From Phoronis australis (taxonomy: Eukaryota > Animalia > Phoronida): a stretch of DNA of 64,000 nucleotides. A program made the translations under genes and the position numbers. Every line of letters begins with the position of its first letter. Positions within the stretch are counted from its first letter, which is position 1. Of this stretch, positions 63,095 through 64,000 are shown one piece after another. The DNA is taken from the NCBI GenBank assembly GCA_002633005.1, contig NMRA01000017.1, forward strand, positions 764,001 to 828,000. Reading direction: 5' to 3'. The notes under the pieces are model-generated. The model ran no database searches. It was given only the letters and a program-made list of their open reading frames with translations, and was not told the DNA's origin.

Positions 63095-64000
63095 TTATTT
63101 ACGTACTGCATTATAATACAGCCAATCCCTAAAACGAGTCATTGTAAACCCCAGCAGTTGTAAAGGCACAGGCACGAAAACTAGGAAGACAATGGAGAAA
63201 AAATTGATTTTAACGGATTATTTTTGTAATCAATAGTTCTAATTATGTATGCCCTAACGTCGCGACCTGTTCCTCCCGCTGCCGGATAAGTAACGGAGAA
63301 TTTCAGGTATTGCATCACTTGGAATTGACACCACAAATTGTTCTGCTGCAAGAAAAAAAAAACAATATATGAGCTCCACTTGTTTAAGCCCATCGGGTTT
63401 TATCTCCGTGGTGAACGACCCGAAAAACAAGACAAGGATAACTCTAACGAGCCAATGCAAAATACTAGAATTATAAAGAAACCAGCACTATTTCAGTAGG
63501 TAAGGGAGTTCGAGTTTTTTCTGGTGGTGTACCTTATTGTCTGGACTGGGCTTTTCGGAGTGAGCCGAATTGTCAGAATTTGTAACAAATGGTTTTGACG
63601 CCACCTACCGTCTACTAGAAGTTCTACTAGATGATCTAGTTGAAGGTCTGCTAGGTCTTCTTTGTTGGTTGGACTTGCTTTCTTTCATACCCACTCTTCA
63701 GGGCTGGACACGTCCGCCATAATCTCCAAAATGGAATGAAATAGTACTTGACGTACAGCGCTTATAATGACTATCGAATATATGGAAGATCTGAGTTGAA
63801 GCCACGATGTGGCCATTTCCATTAACCATCATCGGCTGCCAAATAAAATTCTGTTGCGGATAAGATTGTATATCCCACGATACGTATCATGAATAACATA
63901 CGATATACCAGAAACAGATAAGTGTTGATTGGCCAGCACCATTTGGCGAATTGATCTGGGGTTTCACAGAAACGGAAGAATATCATTTTTCTCGAAAACT
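63095..64000 (-). pseudogene. Rolling stone-like pseudogene, paralogue of 35213-36232; 5' part lies beyond the window
   Basis: Translates FSRKMIFFRFCETPDQFAKWCWPINTYLFLVYRMLF...GYTILSAT, KYYFIPFW, AAGGTGRDVRAYIIRTIDYK and QLLGFTMTRFRDWLYY, colinear with the open copy. It has an in-frame TAA at 63822-63824 and frameshifting deletions. Confidence 0.88.

Overview
AT-rich, intron-containing animal genomic DNA, probably from an invertebrate bilaterian; the species cannot be determined from sequence alone. Nothing prokaryotic is present (no operons, CRISPR or rRNA). The best-supported feature is a complete 9-coding-exon nicotinic acetylcholine receptor alpha subunit gene (+ strand, ATG 45718 to stop 61909, 522 aa when spliced, alpha9/alpha10-like, cation-type pore). 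I rebuilt it by hand from GT-AG sites, including three exons the ORF track misses. It is flanked by two minus-strand paralogues of a rolling stone (rost)-like, FAR-17a/AIG1-type membrane protein. One has an open frame (35213-36232) but needs an upstream start exon. The other is a pseudogene with a stop codon and frameshifts (63095 to the window end). The first ~35 kb has no confidently identifiable gene. It holds minisatellites, microsatellites, MITE-like and SINE-like repeats, weak traces of decayed transposons, and a ~680 bp duplication across an N gap that looks like two haplotypes differing by a TTAA-site insertion. I found no convincing undescribed system; the findings are leads of modest interest.
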